Source: Cirrosporium novae-zelandiae
Taxonomy: Eukaryota
Assembly: GCA_026023565.1 (NCBI GenBank)
Contig: JAPETS010000018.1
Coordinates: forward strand, 434,001-498,000
Direction of reading: 5' to 3'
DNA length: 64,000 nucleotides
Shown here: positions 12,901-28,200 of the stretch, in pieces
Numbering within the stretch: position 1 is the stretch's first letter
Layout: each line of letters begins with the position of its first letter
The notes under the pieces: generated by a model
What the model was told of the DNA's origin: nothing
Database searches by the model: none
What the model saw: the letters and a program-made list of their open reading frames with translations, nothing else
Made by a program: the position numbers and the translations under genes

Positions 12901-15900
12901 ATCCTCTGACCTTGTTGTAGGGTGACTAAGACCATATTAAGAAGTCCTTGAATGGAGAAGAAAATTTCCTCTGGAGATATGTGGGCAATTCCGTTCATAG
13001 ACCTATCTTCTTGACAAGGAATAATGTAGGTCCATTCCAGAATTTGTTTCAGAGCAAACTGGAGGAGAGGGTGATCCCGCATCCATTGTTCAAGGTCAAC
13101 TTTGACTGCATGAAGATATTCCTGCGCTGCTTTTGTTTGTTGCACTTGGGTTGAAGATATTATTCCTGAGGGAAGGCGTAATGTTTTATCATAGTCTACA
13201 AGCCATGATATGAATTTCTTCCTCCATTGGGAAATTCCATCCAGAACCTTCTGTGCAGATATATGTGACAGCTTCTCATGTGCTTGGATAATAGTAGATC
13301 CAAGCTCGAGGATCGGTGGGAGCCATCGGATAGTTTGTAACAGACCGTCGAAGTTCGCTAAACGATTGCCAAGCTGGAGAGTATGCTTTGAAATATCGTA
13401 GCTTGGCATGCAAAAATTCTCGACCTGTCCTAGACACTCTTCGAGCTCGGTAAGATGTGGCCCTAAATGACCAATGCTATTGTTGCGCTGTCTCATTATA
13501 ATATCTAGTAAGTCTTCTGCATAGCCCACACAACGGTTTGCCTCTGAAGATGTTAGGTCGCCTGAATGCTTATGCCCTGCCTCTCGAACTTGAGACATAA
13601 AATTAAGTATTCTGTGTAAATAAGAATCAGCCGATTTTTGGGCCGCGGTATCCATGGCCAGTGGCCCAGGAGGATGCGCAAGAACTAATGCTAGAGAAGC
13701 TTGCTTATCAAGCTTCTCTGTTCCTAGATGGTATTGTATACCCATTTTGCGGAGACTTTTCAGAGTATCTGAGAATAACTTGCGTTTTTGTGTCTTAAGG
13801 TGTTTCACATCGCTTTCGTTCTCCTTGGTCGCAGTATTTGGGGTCTTGGTCTTCAACTCGTTCATATCAGAAACGAAACCCGATGAGAATGAGTCTAACC
13901 ATGACGGAGTTTCTAGTTGTGAAATCTGGCCTTGGCTGATTCTAATCATGGTTTGGATGGTTGCTGAAACATTGACAAACCGGGCCTCCCTTGCGTCCCA
14001 GCCGGGTACTGAATGTCGACAAAGGGCAAGAGCCTTTTCATTTGGATATTTAATGGATGGGCTGGAAAGCTGTGGATAGGAAAATTGATAGTCATCAGCC
14101 AAGTCTGGGAGTCGTTGAGCTAGAATAGTCTCGCAAGACTGTCCAAGGAGCGCTCGATATTTGCGAACAATCTTAGTTAACTTATAATGAGACCTCTTAG
14201 CACTATCACGGAGAGCATTGATATTTATATCCTTCCAACTTGCGAGTAGAAGAACCTCTTTTAAGGCTTTCTCTAAAGTAGCTCGCCCTGCGCTTAACAC
14301 CTTCTCTACACTCACTTCATAGCTTTTGAAGTAAGCGAGAAAGTTAGCAAGGGCATGATGTACAAGCTTCGTAGCTGGAGAACTCGCTATTATTAGAGCA
14401 CTATGGTTTTTGAACGCTTCAAGTAGTTTTAGCCGAGCAGAATATTGACCGAGAGAAGTGTTGTGCAGGAAAGCTTCAAGCGTTGAAAGGAGCTTCCCGG
14501 GATATTGATAAAATTCTTCATTAGACTCCTCTAAAGATAACGGAGTTGCAATGATTGCTTCGTAAGCAACATACCACCAAGCTCGTGAGGCTTCGACACA
14601 TGTTTCTGTTTCTCGATCAAGAAGCCGAGCCCAAGATGAAAGCTCAAGTCGGCGCCAACTCACAATAATGCTTGTTAGCTTATCGTAGCAATCTGCTGCC
14701 GAGAATTCTTTGCTAGAAACCGTCTGCCATTCATTGACATAACCATGAAGCTTCTCCACTTTCGTGATAAATTTAGCAATGGGTTCAACATGGCGGAATA
14801 CCATAATCTCACAGCATGTTTTGATTACATCATGCAAGGTAGCGTGTTCGGGCCATGCTTTCTGGATTTGTGAGAAACGCTTTCGAATGTCCTGAACAAT
14901 TTGTAATAGCTTTCCGGCCTCTGGTATATTCGGATCAAGATAGAAATTTGGGGGATTTTGAGCGCTTGGAGATGATGCTATTGACTGAGAAGCATCTACC
15001 AAAGCTAGAACCAGACTTGGTATAAATAGTTCAGCTGGTACAGGAGATATCGTACCCGTCGGTATGGGTGTGTCCAAATGTTTCAGGGCAGAATCAAGCA
15101 GCTTCTTTAGCGAGGGTTTGCTTAATGTTTCTAGAAAAAGGGAAGCATGTGCTTTGGCAATTGCGATTGCTTGATTTTTTGGATCTGTAAGAGTGGGCTG
15201 TGCTTGCGCCGAGGGTTTAGTGACCTCTTCAAAGGTTGGGAATAGTTCTTGCAGGACTTCTTCCTCCTGTTGCTCGTCGCTAACACTCTCCGGATCCCGG
15301 TATCGATACATGGAAGTCTGCTCAGCGTTCCGCTTTTGATCACTCTCTAGGGTATCCTTCCACCTAGTGTATGATGTATGGAACAGTTGAAAAGCCTTTT
15401 GTTGCCATGCCTCCTTAGATAGCAATCCAGGCTGGATAGTATTCGCCACGGCAATAATAGTCAATATAAATTCGGAATACTTCCCATGCGTGTGGTTAAC
15501 TGGCAATATTCCGTCATCCATCGATTTAAGCAGGCTTTGTGGAGTTGCTCCAAAGAAAGGAGTTTGAGAGGATATGAATTGCAAGAGCTGTGCGGTTGGA
15601 TTAGAGCCATCCGGATCAAGACATGCCATAGTTAACCCAAGATCTAAGCACTGGAGCATTCCTTGAAGGGGAAAGATGATATCCTCGTAAGCTGGATAGT
15701 TTCCTATTAATCGACGAGTTACTTGCGTAATATTTGATCGTAATAGCTTGCACTCCTGTAACGCACTAGAGTTTCCCTTGTTTAGAAGTTTGAGATGCTC
15801 TGAACTTGGGGACCTCTGGACAACGGACTTTAATACATTCAAGAGGTCACCCTGAAGGCTTCTGAGGTTTGATGTTTCTGGGCGCACCACGACTGCAGCT

Positions 15901-18900
15901 ACTGGTTCATCGCCGAGGCGCTGTAGCTCGTCTTCGACTAATTGACACCTCAAGTTGGTATTCTGACCCGTAAAGGCAGCTTCAAAAAATTGAAGGGCTG
16001 TAAATTGGAGGTCAAGTTCGCGTCGCTGGTTACGATAATGTTGCCGTTCTACCAACGCTCTTAGGCTTGGATCAAACATCTTATCTGGCACAAAGAGCAG
16101 GAGACAAGCAGTTGAGAGAAGCACAAGTGCAGCAGCAGAATGGAATACCCGATTATCTGAAGTTTCTCTCGAGTTTGACAAATGTTGCAGACAGGGGTTC
16201 AATTGCTGCTCAACAATAGCCAGAAAGTAGTGGCTAGGACTGACTTCTGAGGAAAATGCTTCCTTTGTAAATTCCAGACAATGAAAACAAGGGATGCTAT
16301 CAGTAAACGAGGAAAAGAATGCGTCTGCTGAGTGTAGGAAGGAATGGTTGAATAAGTCCTCATGCGCATGAATTATTTCTCTGAAGATCACACAAGTAAT
16401 TGCATTAAGACGCCCAACCTGATCATTTCCAATCTGGTTGCAGCAAAAGGCGAAACATTTCCCGACAGCTTCTAGTTCTTGCTCACCATTTGAAAGCCGT
16501 TTTAGAGAAAGGTCGCCGAAATGAGTAACCCTTTGGAATAGGGAGAGAGGCAAAGTTCCCCGTAAAGCTTGTAATGGCAAAGCGTGATTTGAAGATGTGG
16601 AATATCTTGACAAGAAAGTGAAGGATTTTGCCATAGCTGAGTTTCCCGGGGAGACCAAGCTCTGCGTGGGGCGACAAGATAAGAGACGTGCAATGTGTAG
16701 AAACTCATGGCAGTCGTTTTCAACTGGAACCAGGTCGTAATATTGACATATCCCTTCAAATTGCTCCGAGAAGAAAGGAACCATTGGCTCAGGCTCAAGA
16801 AGTTCATCGCTTTCAAGGGTTGTCATCGTGGATTCAAGAGTTTTAATGAGGTCATGAATATCTACGCTTCTAAATCTGACATCTTGAAGAGCCTGAGCTA
16901 TCGTCATCTGGTTGGTGAGCAGTTGTGTCATAGGATTATTAACTCTCCACATGATAGAGTCAAACCGATCTGCAAGCTTTTCAAGGTCCAGTAGAGATTG
17001 TAAATGATCCATGCTTGACAAAACAGCCGGCCGGCTGATATTCCAGATTCTCTCCATACTTAGACCGGTGGATAGTGATAGATTTGCCCTTAGAAGATCC
17101 AAAGATTCTGTCATTCGCTGTGCTATAGCATGGCTTTCATTGTTAGTTGAATTTAGATGCTTCTTGAGATCTTGACCAAGAGATAAATAGATTTGTATTG
17201 TGCCATCGTCAGCTTTCGGGGATATCGATAGATTGAATATGTCCCGCCAATAGGAAAGGAGCGGTTTTGCCCAATGGAGAGAGATCTCAACCATGTCAGT
17301 ATAACAGTAGCTGAGATATTCTAGTAAGACTTACGAGCTCTTGTGAAGTGTTGGATGTCCATGCTACCTGAAGTCCTTCCCCAATAATTTGGTGCAAGCT
17401 AGTTAAGAACTGTAGTAGTTGGTATCGAATAGAACGAGTAGAAGCTGTAGAAGGCTTGGAGATAGCTAATCGTAGCGGTGTTACGTCAATAGAAGGGACT
17501 GGACTGTCAAAGCCTTCTCGGACACTGGCTAAAATCTGGCTATGGAGTAAAACCGTCAACGAGAAAGTCTTTAAATCTGCTATTCCAAGCGAGCGATTGA
17601 TAAGATCTGAATTTCTCCCGGAAACATGGGTGAAGGGGTCGGAAAACGGATGAATTGGCTACGACAGAATATACAAGTTAGCATTAGAGATGTTAACACA
17701 GATAAACAAAGACTAACCAAATCATTACAAGCCGGTACTATGAGCGGTGAATTACTAGCAGAGTTGAGATATAACTGCATTATATGCTCACGGCCGTTAT
17801 TCTGAAGAAAATAAACAATGTATCGTTGGATTGAAGATTTGAGTGCATTCAGATGACCAACAGGTCCATCAATGAGACCACCCGAGATTTCCTCATTCCA
17901 TCGTGAGATTAGTGCAAGATCCGATATAGATAAGTGATCAATAATAACATCTGACAAATGAACTATAAGATCCTGAGGCACCGAATTTAAACTCAAGAAT
18001 TTGGCATAGTCAAAGCGAGACAGCTGAGATTCTATAGGCTTAGAGACTTTGGGCGAAGAAAGGGGGCAAACATTGTCATCAAAGGAGGGCAAGAAAACTT
18101 CAACACCACGATTTCTCATAGCTCTGGATAATTCACCGTAACGTGGATCCATTGTCATGAAGATCCTAAATTGTGGGTGTGGTTTCACAATTCGAGTTGA
18201 ACCATCTGCGTTATGGTTTTCGTTCACAATAAGTTGGCCATTGGGCTCCAGCAAAGAGTTCAGTCTATCAAGAACAGAGGCATCACATAGGTTTGCATGG
18301 TCTACAATCAACCATTGGCCATTCTGAATAGCACGGATAAGAATTCCATCAGTCCATTCAAAGCGAGCTCTTACGGAAGTCGCCATTTTTAGAATCATGG
18401 CCTGACACTCTTCCTGGAGTGATAATAATTCGGGTGTTGTGTATGTATCTAAAAGTGTAGTTAGGAACTCAGAAATCTTAGTCCAGTCTAGACATTCGGT
18501 CTCAACACCATTAACAACATCATACAAATTCCACAGTAAGTCAGGTATCGATTCACTAGAAATGTGAGCAATAATTTGTGATTGCAATAAGTTTTTCAGC
18601 TTGTGTATTAGCAATGCTGCCTGGCGATTACGGTCAACCTGATCATAGCCTCCAATCAAATCCATGGTATCGATTTCTGAATTAACAGCAAACTCGACTA
18701 CATCGGCTCCGAGCGCAGAGGCAAGGTATTTGATGAGCATTGTTTTCCCTGAGCCTGATGGACCTACTAATATGCAAGGCCAATTTTGTTGGACACATAC
18801 CATTAAAGATTCGAGAGCCTCAAGTTGGCATGGGATAGGCCCTGGAAATCGACCCGGGAGGAATTGGACGAGCTTGTTTCTTGGCAATTCAGCAAGACCA

Positions 18901-21900
18901 ACTTGTAATTTATCTAATCCGAGCTGATGGTACAGATTGTGTTCTGTCAAGTTCTTACCAAATGTGCCAGAGAAACATTGTAGAGATCGTTGCTGGTCAT
19001 CTCGGGTGCGAAATCGTCTCTTGATCAATATCTCGAATATTTCTTGGGGATTTCCTGCGGCTAAAGGGAACGCTTTACTGGTAGAAAGCTTAAGCCATCT
19101 GAGTAGGTCGCGAAGGTTTACTTCCCAGGGTCCACCAGTATTTCCAAAGGCATGGCCGTGAAGTTCTTGGTCAAGAACGGTAATGCAATTCACTGCTTTT
19201 TGTGCTTCATCGGATCCTATCGTGGGAAAAAGTCGTTGGCAGATCATAAGGAGATCATCGACCTTGAATGCATCAGCATAAACAACAGTAAAGCGGTTTA
19301 CAAATGACGCAGGGAGTCCTTTCCGCCCACCACCCTGATGATGAGGATTTTGGGCTGCAAAGAGTCGAAAATCGGAGTGTAGCTTGAATATGAGCCCAAG
19401 TTCAGAAATGTATACTTCTCCACGGTGATCAAGACAAGCATTCAGTCCTTCGAGAACAGACTGAGATGCAAGATTCATTTCATCAAGAAGAACCCAATCT
19501 CCATTCTTTAGAGCTTGAAGAAAAGAAGCATCCCGCCAACTGAAAACTCCCACGTCTGCTCCTTCTACAGGAACATCTGACCCAAATAGGTCCATCAAAT
19601 CTGTCTGCTCGGACAAGTTGATTCGTGTCAGAGCCTTTCCAGATGCTTTGGCTAGGGCTTCCACAAGTGTCGTTTTACCAACTCCAGGACTGCCTTCCAG
19701 CAGAATGGGCTTTCGTAACTGTAGGGCTCGAACAACACGCATGGCATTGGACGCAGTGCTTGGAACTTCAAACTGAAAATCGAGATTGGGTATTAACTCG
19801 CTTTCGACATTGATAGAAAAGCTTCCGAACGAAAGTCTACCCGCTTGAAGTGACGGGGCAACGCTTGTATGATAAAGTCGATCTGCATCGTGCTTAAGTA
19901 GCCTGCTCAGCTCCTGCAAACACTTCTGGCGGGCACTAGAAATATCATCTTTTGCAACGGCCAAGAGCGCGGCAGGGTTCGCCCCGATTGTGTCAATGTA
20001 CACTGTTGCTGCGCCATGGACAACGCCGAATAGAGGATCTGAATGTTCGCAAGAATTGATAAATCCAACCCAAGCAAGTAGATCACGGATAGAAATAGAG
20101 AACTTGGAAGCAGTGTTAAATGATTTGTTATACCATTGAGCAAATTTGACCATAAGCTTAGCAAGAGGGCGTTTTGAAGGATCTATCTTGGCTTGTACGA
20201 TCTGCACAAGATCCTCAGTATTTGTCAATGGGGGAACCCATATTTCGGTGAAGCGGTTCCTTAGAGCAGCTGATAATTCCCGTTTGCCGTAATCGCCACC
20301 TGGATTCATAGTAGCCAGAAACTGGAAACCCGGAATGGCCTTTACATATGAGTCTACCGGTCCCTTTTCAGCGAGAAGCAGATCACGGTCAGGCAGCTCA
20401 AGAACACTATTAAGGCGTTCCAAAACCGAATCATCCGCTAGAGATATTTCGTCTAATAGAAAATGCTGGCCAGCTTTCATAGCCTGTACTAAACTTCCAT
20501 CGGCCCATTCAAACAGCGCCTTTGATTTCACAGTATTCCGCTGTATTTGATCAATTAAGTTTTTGTTTATCTCCTGTAGCTTCGAAACTTGGGATAAACT
20601 GAGGGAGTTGAACCACTGAATTAAGCTTTGACCGGAACCTGGGGTAGGCACTTCGATGTCTCTGCTTAGTTCAAGGCAAATATTGAGATCATCCTTCAAT
20701 TGTTCATCTATTGCTGACCTGTTTCTGATAGGTCTCTGTGCTCCTATTAGATCCCCGGTCTCGGTGTTCTTGTGGGCGTTCACAATAAATAGTTCTTTGC
20801 CCATGAATTGAGCAATAGCTTGACAAATTGAGGTTTTTCCACAACCAGTCTCGCCAACAAGAAGGACAGGTTCATTATTCTCTAAAGCTCGCCGCACCAG
20901 AATGCAGAGTCGGCGCATCGCCTTGGTCCAGACAATCTTGGGCGCTGTGTTGTTACCTTGTTGCATTTCTTGCGGAATCTGCTTCGTTGCATATATCATC
21001 TTCTCAGATATTCCTTCTTTAGAAATACCCGGCTTCATCACCTTTTCTATAATTACCTTAACTGCAAGGCGTTCTTCGGGTTTCCTAACTCTTTCTGCAA
21101 GCAACATAAATCCATCAACAGCAAGTTGGTCGTAACCATTCGCTTCCCGGAAAGCCCATCGAAATAGATCTCGAAGCGTAGCAAAGCTATTCTTCTGTTC
21201 GAATAGTCGAGTGGATTGGCGAAGAAGCGCAAGCTCTTTGTACGTATTGACGATTTTTTTACAGTAACTAGGGGCTACTTGAGGCGCTCGTTTCGTAATA
21301 ATTTCTGTCAATTCATCTTCTGGTATGTCATCGAAATGAAGTTCAAGAAATCGATTTCGGAATGCTCTCGACAAGACTTTGCGACCACCGTAAAGGCCTG
21401 CCGGGTTCTGGGTGGCAAACAGTACGAAATTTGGGTGAGGACGGACCACTTCTTGTGTTTCGGGAATTAGAAGCTCCCTGTTGTCATCCAGCAGCCGGTT
21501 CAAAGCTTCCAAGACATCTGTTGGTGCAAGATTCAATTCATCCAATATTATCCAGTGACCCTTTCGCAATGCTTCTACGAGAAGTCCTTCCTGGAAGCGC
21601 AAGGTACCACTAATGTCTGAGACATAGGACCCGAGATATTCTTGTAGATCAGTATGCTCATGGTTATTGATCCGTACGCATTCGTGACCAGATATTTTAG
21701 CGAGATACTTGATCATACTTGTTTTACCAGAGGATGTTGGGCCTTGAATCAAGATCGGGTAACGCCTGGTTAGAGATGCTCGTACAAGGTTTAGTAAGTT
21801 TCTTTCAACGTAAGGAGTCTTGATATATCCAGCATCATCTTGAATTCTTGATTGTCCTCTTGGCATCCAATAATGCATAAACCTTATATACTGTTTTTGG

Positions 21901-24900
21901 TCACTTGCATCATCCGGTATTCGTGGGGTTTGCGTTAGAGCTGATTTTCTTTGCTTTCCTAGCAGGTAGCTGTCAAGCAGGGGGCGTATCCTGCTCTCCG
22001 AGTCCCTGTTAAGAACAGTCAAGAAGCTCATAGAAAATCCTTCGTGTAGCGACCTCCTTAAACCATAGATACCAGCGATCTCATAGGCATAACTTAATGT
22101 TCTCGTTAATGATCGTAAACTGAAGTGAACTTTCTGCCCAGCGCCGTCTGCAAGTTGGTTTTTCTGAGCGCGATCTTTTATATCTAAGTAGAGGTTAGCA
22201 ATCTCGGAGACAATCTTGGCGTCTCTTGTTGCAAGGTCCTTGAGATAACTCTTGATGATCTTTTCCAGATCCCACCTATCCCGATCGGGAGACTGAACAA
22301 AAATTTCAGTGAACCGAGATCGTAGACTGAGTGGTAAATCCCGTTTTCCCGCATCTGTTGCAGGGTTCATAGAACCAAATATCCTGAAGTCTGGATGTGC
22401 CTTGATAATTTCAACGCTTCCTGTTTCAGAGAGTAGGATTGATGGGCCTCCATCACTAGTGCCCTGTAGTAAGTCTGATATGCTTTCAAGAGTGTCAGCT
22501 GGAGCAAGATTGATTTCATCAAGAAGGACCCAGTCGCCCCTACGGACGGCCTTAATTAGTTCACTCTCTTGAAAGGAAAAGGCAAAGCTCTTAGAACTGT
22601 CCGCAATTCTGACTTCCAATTCCTCGACGTCCTGTGCAAATTTAGCCCAACGTGCTTTGAGTTCAATCAGTCTTGAAGAATCCAGCTTTCTCCGTTTCTT
22701 GGGATGCTCAGTTACTTCCTTCTCCGCAGACTGAGCAACAGTCAAATTTCCCAGAGTCCGCTCAGCTGTAGTCAGAGCTTCCCTCCACAACTTCAACACT
22801 CGGTTCCACCTCTCTTTTTGGATGTTTTTCTTAAGAGAATCTAGGTATTTTGTGTTATCCCCTTTAAAGTCCTCTAGGAGTATTCGTAATTCATCTTGTA
22901 GAGGGATAATCAACTGGCGAGGATTTATAGGCTTAAATCCACCCAGCAGATCGCCACTTTCACTTTGCTGCGAAAGATTGACAGCAAATAGCTTATGTCC
23001 CGTAAGGCTAGCGAGTTCTTGTATGATGGTAGTCTTTCCAATACCAGTTTCTCCAACAAGCAACACAGGTTCAGACCCTTCTACGGCAGCTCCAGCATCC
23101 TCAAGAAGGCGTAGAGCATGGCTAGTCATGGCAAAGGTAGATTGGTTCTTTTTATGTCGAGTGTGGGAACGAGACTTGGGAAGAATTACTCGGCCTACTC
23201 GTATGCGCGACCCTCCATCAATAAACTCAGGAATGCGAGTTCTTAAACAATATTCTAGGCGTTGGGGAGATACGTTTAGCTTCCCTGCAATTTCGGAAGA
23301 AAGATAATCTTTAAGCTTGTCGTCATGAGTATTTCCAGTAAAGCAAGATATGGCATCCAACAGAAAGTCATCTAGAGTGCCTTCGGGTATTGCTTCACGG
23401 CCGGACTTGGCTCCAAGGGAGAGTAGACGGGAATTTAGCCTACAGCACCACTTAAGAAGATCTCGAATATCGGGGATTCGCATTGAGATGACGCTAGTTC
23501 GTACATTAGCTGTACCGCTCTTCAATTTTTCACGCACACTATCAAAGACATCCATAATCATTGGCAAATGGACATGAAGTAGAGGATATGTAGCTCTGAT
23601 TATTTGTTCTATCTCCAAGGGGCTTGGTATTTGAATGCGAATATGGGACCAAAGCCTCCTCCCAAGGATATTGGGGTTCTGCAGCCGTTCCTCACCACGA
23701 CTGTTCATACTTGTGCGCATCGTAGCAATTATCTTAAAGCCTCTTGGTGCTCTAATATATTGTCCTTGGTTTTGAATGAATAACTCATTTCTTTCCAGCA
23801 ACGGCAAGATGACACTCATGACACCTGTAGGGGCTTTATCAATATCTTCGAGAATAACCCATCGCCCTTCTTTCACGGCCGTGGTCAAGACACCGGGCTG
23901 CCATTTGAAGGAGCCTGGAGTATCACCGGTAGTATATACACCAATCAATAGTTTTGCGTCCGTTTGATCGTTTAAATGTAGTTTGACCGACTGTTTCCAC
24001 CTTCCCAGTCGCTTGGCAACATGAGCGATCAAGGAAGTCTTCCCAGAGCCGGGCATTCCCGTCAGGAGAATATGTTGGTCATGTTGCAATGCAGAGGCTA
24101 GTGCTGTTAAGTTGGCATTTACAGTAACGGTTTCGACAAGGGAAGATATTTCAGCAGTCAGGGTTGCAGCTCGAAGAAGAAGTATACCACAAATCTCTTC
24201 CACCCTATCTGAATTGAATGCTTCACGAGGAATAGTCCTCTGATATTGAACATGAATGTTTCCCTGGTTCTTTTGGCTATTCTTAAGTTGCGTGACAATC
24301 TCTTCGCTTCTTTTATTTTCCCAAGATGTAAGGAACCCATAATCTATGGTTCTTCCTTCCCAGGTATCTCGAACTGCCTCATCACCAACATATTTTCCAA
24401 CCAGTCGTGTCGTCGCTGCATCTGCAGCATTCATGTATAGAGAGAGCGTGCGCACCGCGAGATACCGTATTGAAGGTCGATCATGATGGAGAAGATATTG
24501 CAGACGAGAAGGAATAACAACCTTAGCGAATGTGCGACTATCGAATAAGAGTAATCTATAGATCGCGAGAAGATGTTCCCTAGTCTCATCCTCCGATAAA
24601 TGTGTATTGTTGGTTCCATTTAGAGAAGGCAATAAGCCAGTGAGGCCCGCAGCTAAGCGACTGAAGCACTCTTCGGCGAATATAGATAATTGGGGGGCAA
24701 ATGGAATAATCCTTGCGAAAGCGGATGACACCCTTGTCGCATTAGCAAATAACTGAGGCGAAGATATCCATCTTGCCACAAGTTCGGGGAATATGTTGTT
24801 GTATCTTATGAAAAGAGGTATGGTGTATCGTTGGTCGAGAGAAGCTATCGCGAGAGCTTCGAGATATGTTGGATTGGATTCATTTCTAATGACTTCGATT

Positions 24901-24971
24901 AATTCCGTTGGAAGATCTGATAGTAAATTTTGATTAGACAATATGTCACTATCTCCCCACGAGCAATCCAT
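9993..24971 (-). CDS. MDN1: Midasin (dynein-related AAA ATPase, pre-60S maturation). Introns 17659-17717 and 17286-17334
   Basis: Six Walker A motifs (GMPGSGKT, GETGIGKT, GPTSSGKT, GETGCGKT, GSPGVGKT, GPSGSGKT), a long D/E-rich tail and a C-terminal MIDAS domain (AVDDSKSM; LAPTLATKMRGDFRTGKRLNIKRIIPYIAS). The two large ORFs join through a small middle exon. Confidence 0.97.
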
Positions 24972-25056
24972 AACTAGATTGCTATTTGTCGACCAAAGTT
25001 GAGGGTTGAGATTTAATGCTCTACTGGCAAGCTATCCATCGACTTTTGCAAATGTC

Positions 25057-25065
25057 AAAAATTTT
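25057..25065. promoter_or_regulatory. RRPE-like element (AAAAATTTT) in the short divergent MDN1/ClC promoter
   Basis: aaaaatttt lies ~85 bp upstream of the MDN1 ATG. RRPE is a known motif of fungal ribosome-biogenesis genes. The motif is short and AT-rich, so chance occurrence is possible. Confidence 0.45.
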
Positions 25066-25244
25066 GGATTTGCGCCAGTGCAAACAAGACAAATCATCGG
25101 CGAAAGTTTAAGCTCAGATCCGACATGGTCTATGCGTTTTCAGCCCTACGGCTATCTTCAATGTTAAGGAACTCGGCTGGTGTAAAGTAAAACTAAGCTG
25201 AGACAACTTGCGCTCAAATAATATGCTGTTGTACTCTTTCTATC

Positions 25245-28200
25245 ATGTCCGGTGTATCGCCAGGTCCTAGTCACGGCTTTCATGACATTGCCGAGTCCTC
25301 ATTACTATCACGTCAACCGGAACTTTCTAGTGAAGATGAAAGCGAGAGTGATGATCCCGTCGCTAAACATAATCAGGAGGAGGTCCTTCTCTCGTCGGAT
25401 CCTTTAGATGGGGTTCTTGACAGGTTCGCCCAATTCCTTATAGCGTATCTCGCGTGCTAGTTAGCTATGATTACGAGTGAGCCATTGCCAACTACAGATC
25501 GATTTCAATAATTGCCTACACAAGAGGTCTTTGGAATTTACTGCGTCCGGTGGCTCAATCATTCTTGTATCTAGCATGCTATTACGCGAATACGACTACA
25601 CTATTTTTAATATCCATGGCGCTGACTGCTACAGTCAGAATATAAGTTTCAAGCCGAAACCGAAAGTATCTAAACCTAACCCCTTGAACTTCTTCTCACG
25701 CTTTACGAACTCTGCCCGTCAATCATCACCTTTGCATACACCCTCACACAGTAGAGGCGCCTCCCGAACCTCTATTTTCACTGAGTCCGGTGCTGGATCC
25801 CCCGCTCCAGGACTGAATACAAATGGAAGTCCTCCTTATGATGAATCAAAAGATGGAGGGCCACTGGATTGGTACGTGGAAGGGCCAGGGCGAAGGGTTG
25901 GATATGAAAATATGACCGCCATTGATTGGATCTTTGAGTATACGAAAGAACGACAACGTCTCCGAGTCCTTCATTCAAGTGCGAAAGGCATTATGGGCTC
26001 TATTACAGAATTACTAGATGCAAGCCAGGTTTGGCTGGTCTTAATTGCCTCTGGTGTTGCGGTTGGAATACTAGCTGCAGGGATTGATATCGTTAGCGAT
26101 TGGCTTTCTGACCTGAAGACTGGATATTGCAAGAACGGCGTCGGTGGAGGCAAGTTTTACTTAAGCAAAGGCTTCTGCTGCTGGGGCCACCAAGGTATGG
26201 CCACCAAGATTCTCTAATTTCTTAGAGCCCAGTACTTACGTCGATCTCTAGAGTGGTCTCAATGTCGGGATTGGACTCCTTGGAATAAAGCGCTCCATAT
26301 CAACTCGAAGGGCGGGTCATACGTGACCGAGTATATTTTCTACATTCTATTCTCGGTTTGTGCATCTATACCCTCTCCATGAACGGTCTTTAACCTTGCT
26401 GTTGTAGGTTTTCTTCGCGGCCTGTGCTAGCTTCCTCGTCAAAAAGTATGCAATTTATGCTAGACACAGTGGGATACCTGAAATCAAGACTGTTTTAGGC
26501 GGCTTCGTCCTACAGCGTTTCATGGGACCGTGGACCTTGGTCATAAAATCTCTAGGCCTTTGTCTTGCTGTAGCATCTGGGCTCTGGTTAGGAAAAGAAG
26601 GTCCCCTGGTCCATGTCGCGTGCTGTTGTGCCAACCTTTTCATGAAACTATCCGACACCTTAAACAACAATGAAGCCCGCAAACGAGAAGTTATATCAGC
26701 GGCTGCAGCGGCTGGCATATCTGTGGCTTTTGGCTCGCCTATTGGGGGTGTTTTATTCTCCCTTGAGCAGCTATCCTATTACTTTCCGGATAAGACAATG
26801 TGGCAATCTTTCGTCTGCGCCATGATCGCCGCAGTTACCCTCCAGGCCATCAACCCTTTCCGTACCGGCAAAATTGTTCTCTTCCAAGTAACCTACTCTT
26901 CCGGCTGGCATGCTTTTGAAATAGGCCCATTCCTCTTCTTAGGCCTCGTCGGTGGACTTTACGGGGCTCTTTTCATTAAACTAAATATGTTCGTCGCACG
27001 CTGGAGGCGACACCGTTCTCCTCTACGCAACAGTCCCGTCACCGAGGTTGTTATTATTACTGCCGTCACAGCCATGGTCAATTTCCCAAATCTGTTCATG
27101 CGGGCCTCTAGTTCGGAACTTGTCTACTCGCTCTTTGCCGAGTGCGCTTCGATCCCAGATGACCGATTTAGTCTCTGCCACCCCCATACAACCTTCCGCA
27201 CCGTAACACTCCTCCTCTTAGCTGCTCTCCTTGGATTTTTTTTTGCTTCTCTGACATTTGGCCTTCAACTTCCTGCTGGTATAATCCTTCCCTCCATGAC
27301 AATCGGCGCCCTATATGGCCGCGCTCTTGGACTCCTCGTCTCACACTACCAACTTAGCCATCCCAAATATCTTATCTTTAGCACCTGCGAACCTGATATC
27401 CCGTGCGTAACTCCTGGAACATATGCAATTATCGGGGCTGCGTCCGCGTTAGGAGGGGTTACACGGATGACCGTTTCCATTGTCGTCATCATGTTCGAGC
27501 TGACAGGCGCGCTCCCTTACGTCCTACCAATTATGATATCTATAATGATTGCAAAATGGACCGGCGACGCATTCAACCCGCGTGGAATCTACGAATCCTG
27601 GATTCAATTCAATGAATACCCATACTTACCTCCAATGGACTCAACGAACAATGCTCCATTGCCAGATATCCCTAGCTCAAAGATTATGACATCAATCTCT
27701 GACTTGGTTGTTATTTCTTCAGCCAACCATACAATTGCTTCTCTGGAGACATTGTTAGAAAAGCATCCCCATCGTGGCTTCCCTGTTATTATCTCACCTT
27801 CGAACCCTATCCTCCTAGGTTATATCTCCCGCACCGAACTTAATTTTGCCCTGCGAACTGCAACTTCGGCCCCACGATCCCTATCCCCATTCACACCCGC
27901 CTATTTCATGATGCCGCCCATGCCATCCGCCAATGGCACTGAACAACTTGGCACCCTCGACCTCCGATCCTTCCTCGACCAAACACCGATAACACTGTCA
28001 CAGAACTCACCGCTTCACCTCACAGTCTCTCTGTTCCAAAAGCTCGGCCTCCGCTACGTTCTTTTTGTAGACAAAGGAAAATTATGTGGACTTTTAACCA
28101 AGAAAGATGTCTGGGTTGTGCTCAATAAGGGCAATGATGCGAGAGGATGGGGCGAAAGCGCCCTGTACCTACGTGGTGGAGCATTACGAGACGAAGGCGA

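Noticed and set aside
17286..17717. MDN1 seemingly split into two genes of 2463 and 2433 aa
   Set aside because: Two short introns and a middle exon join them into one midasin.
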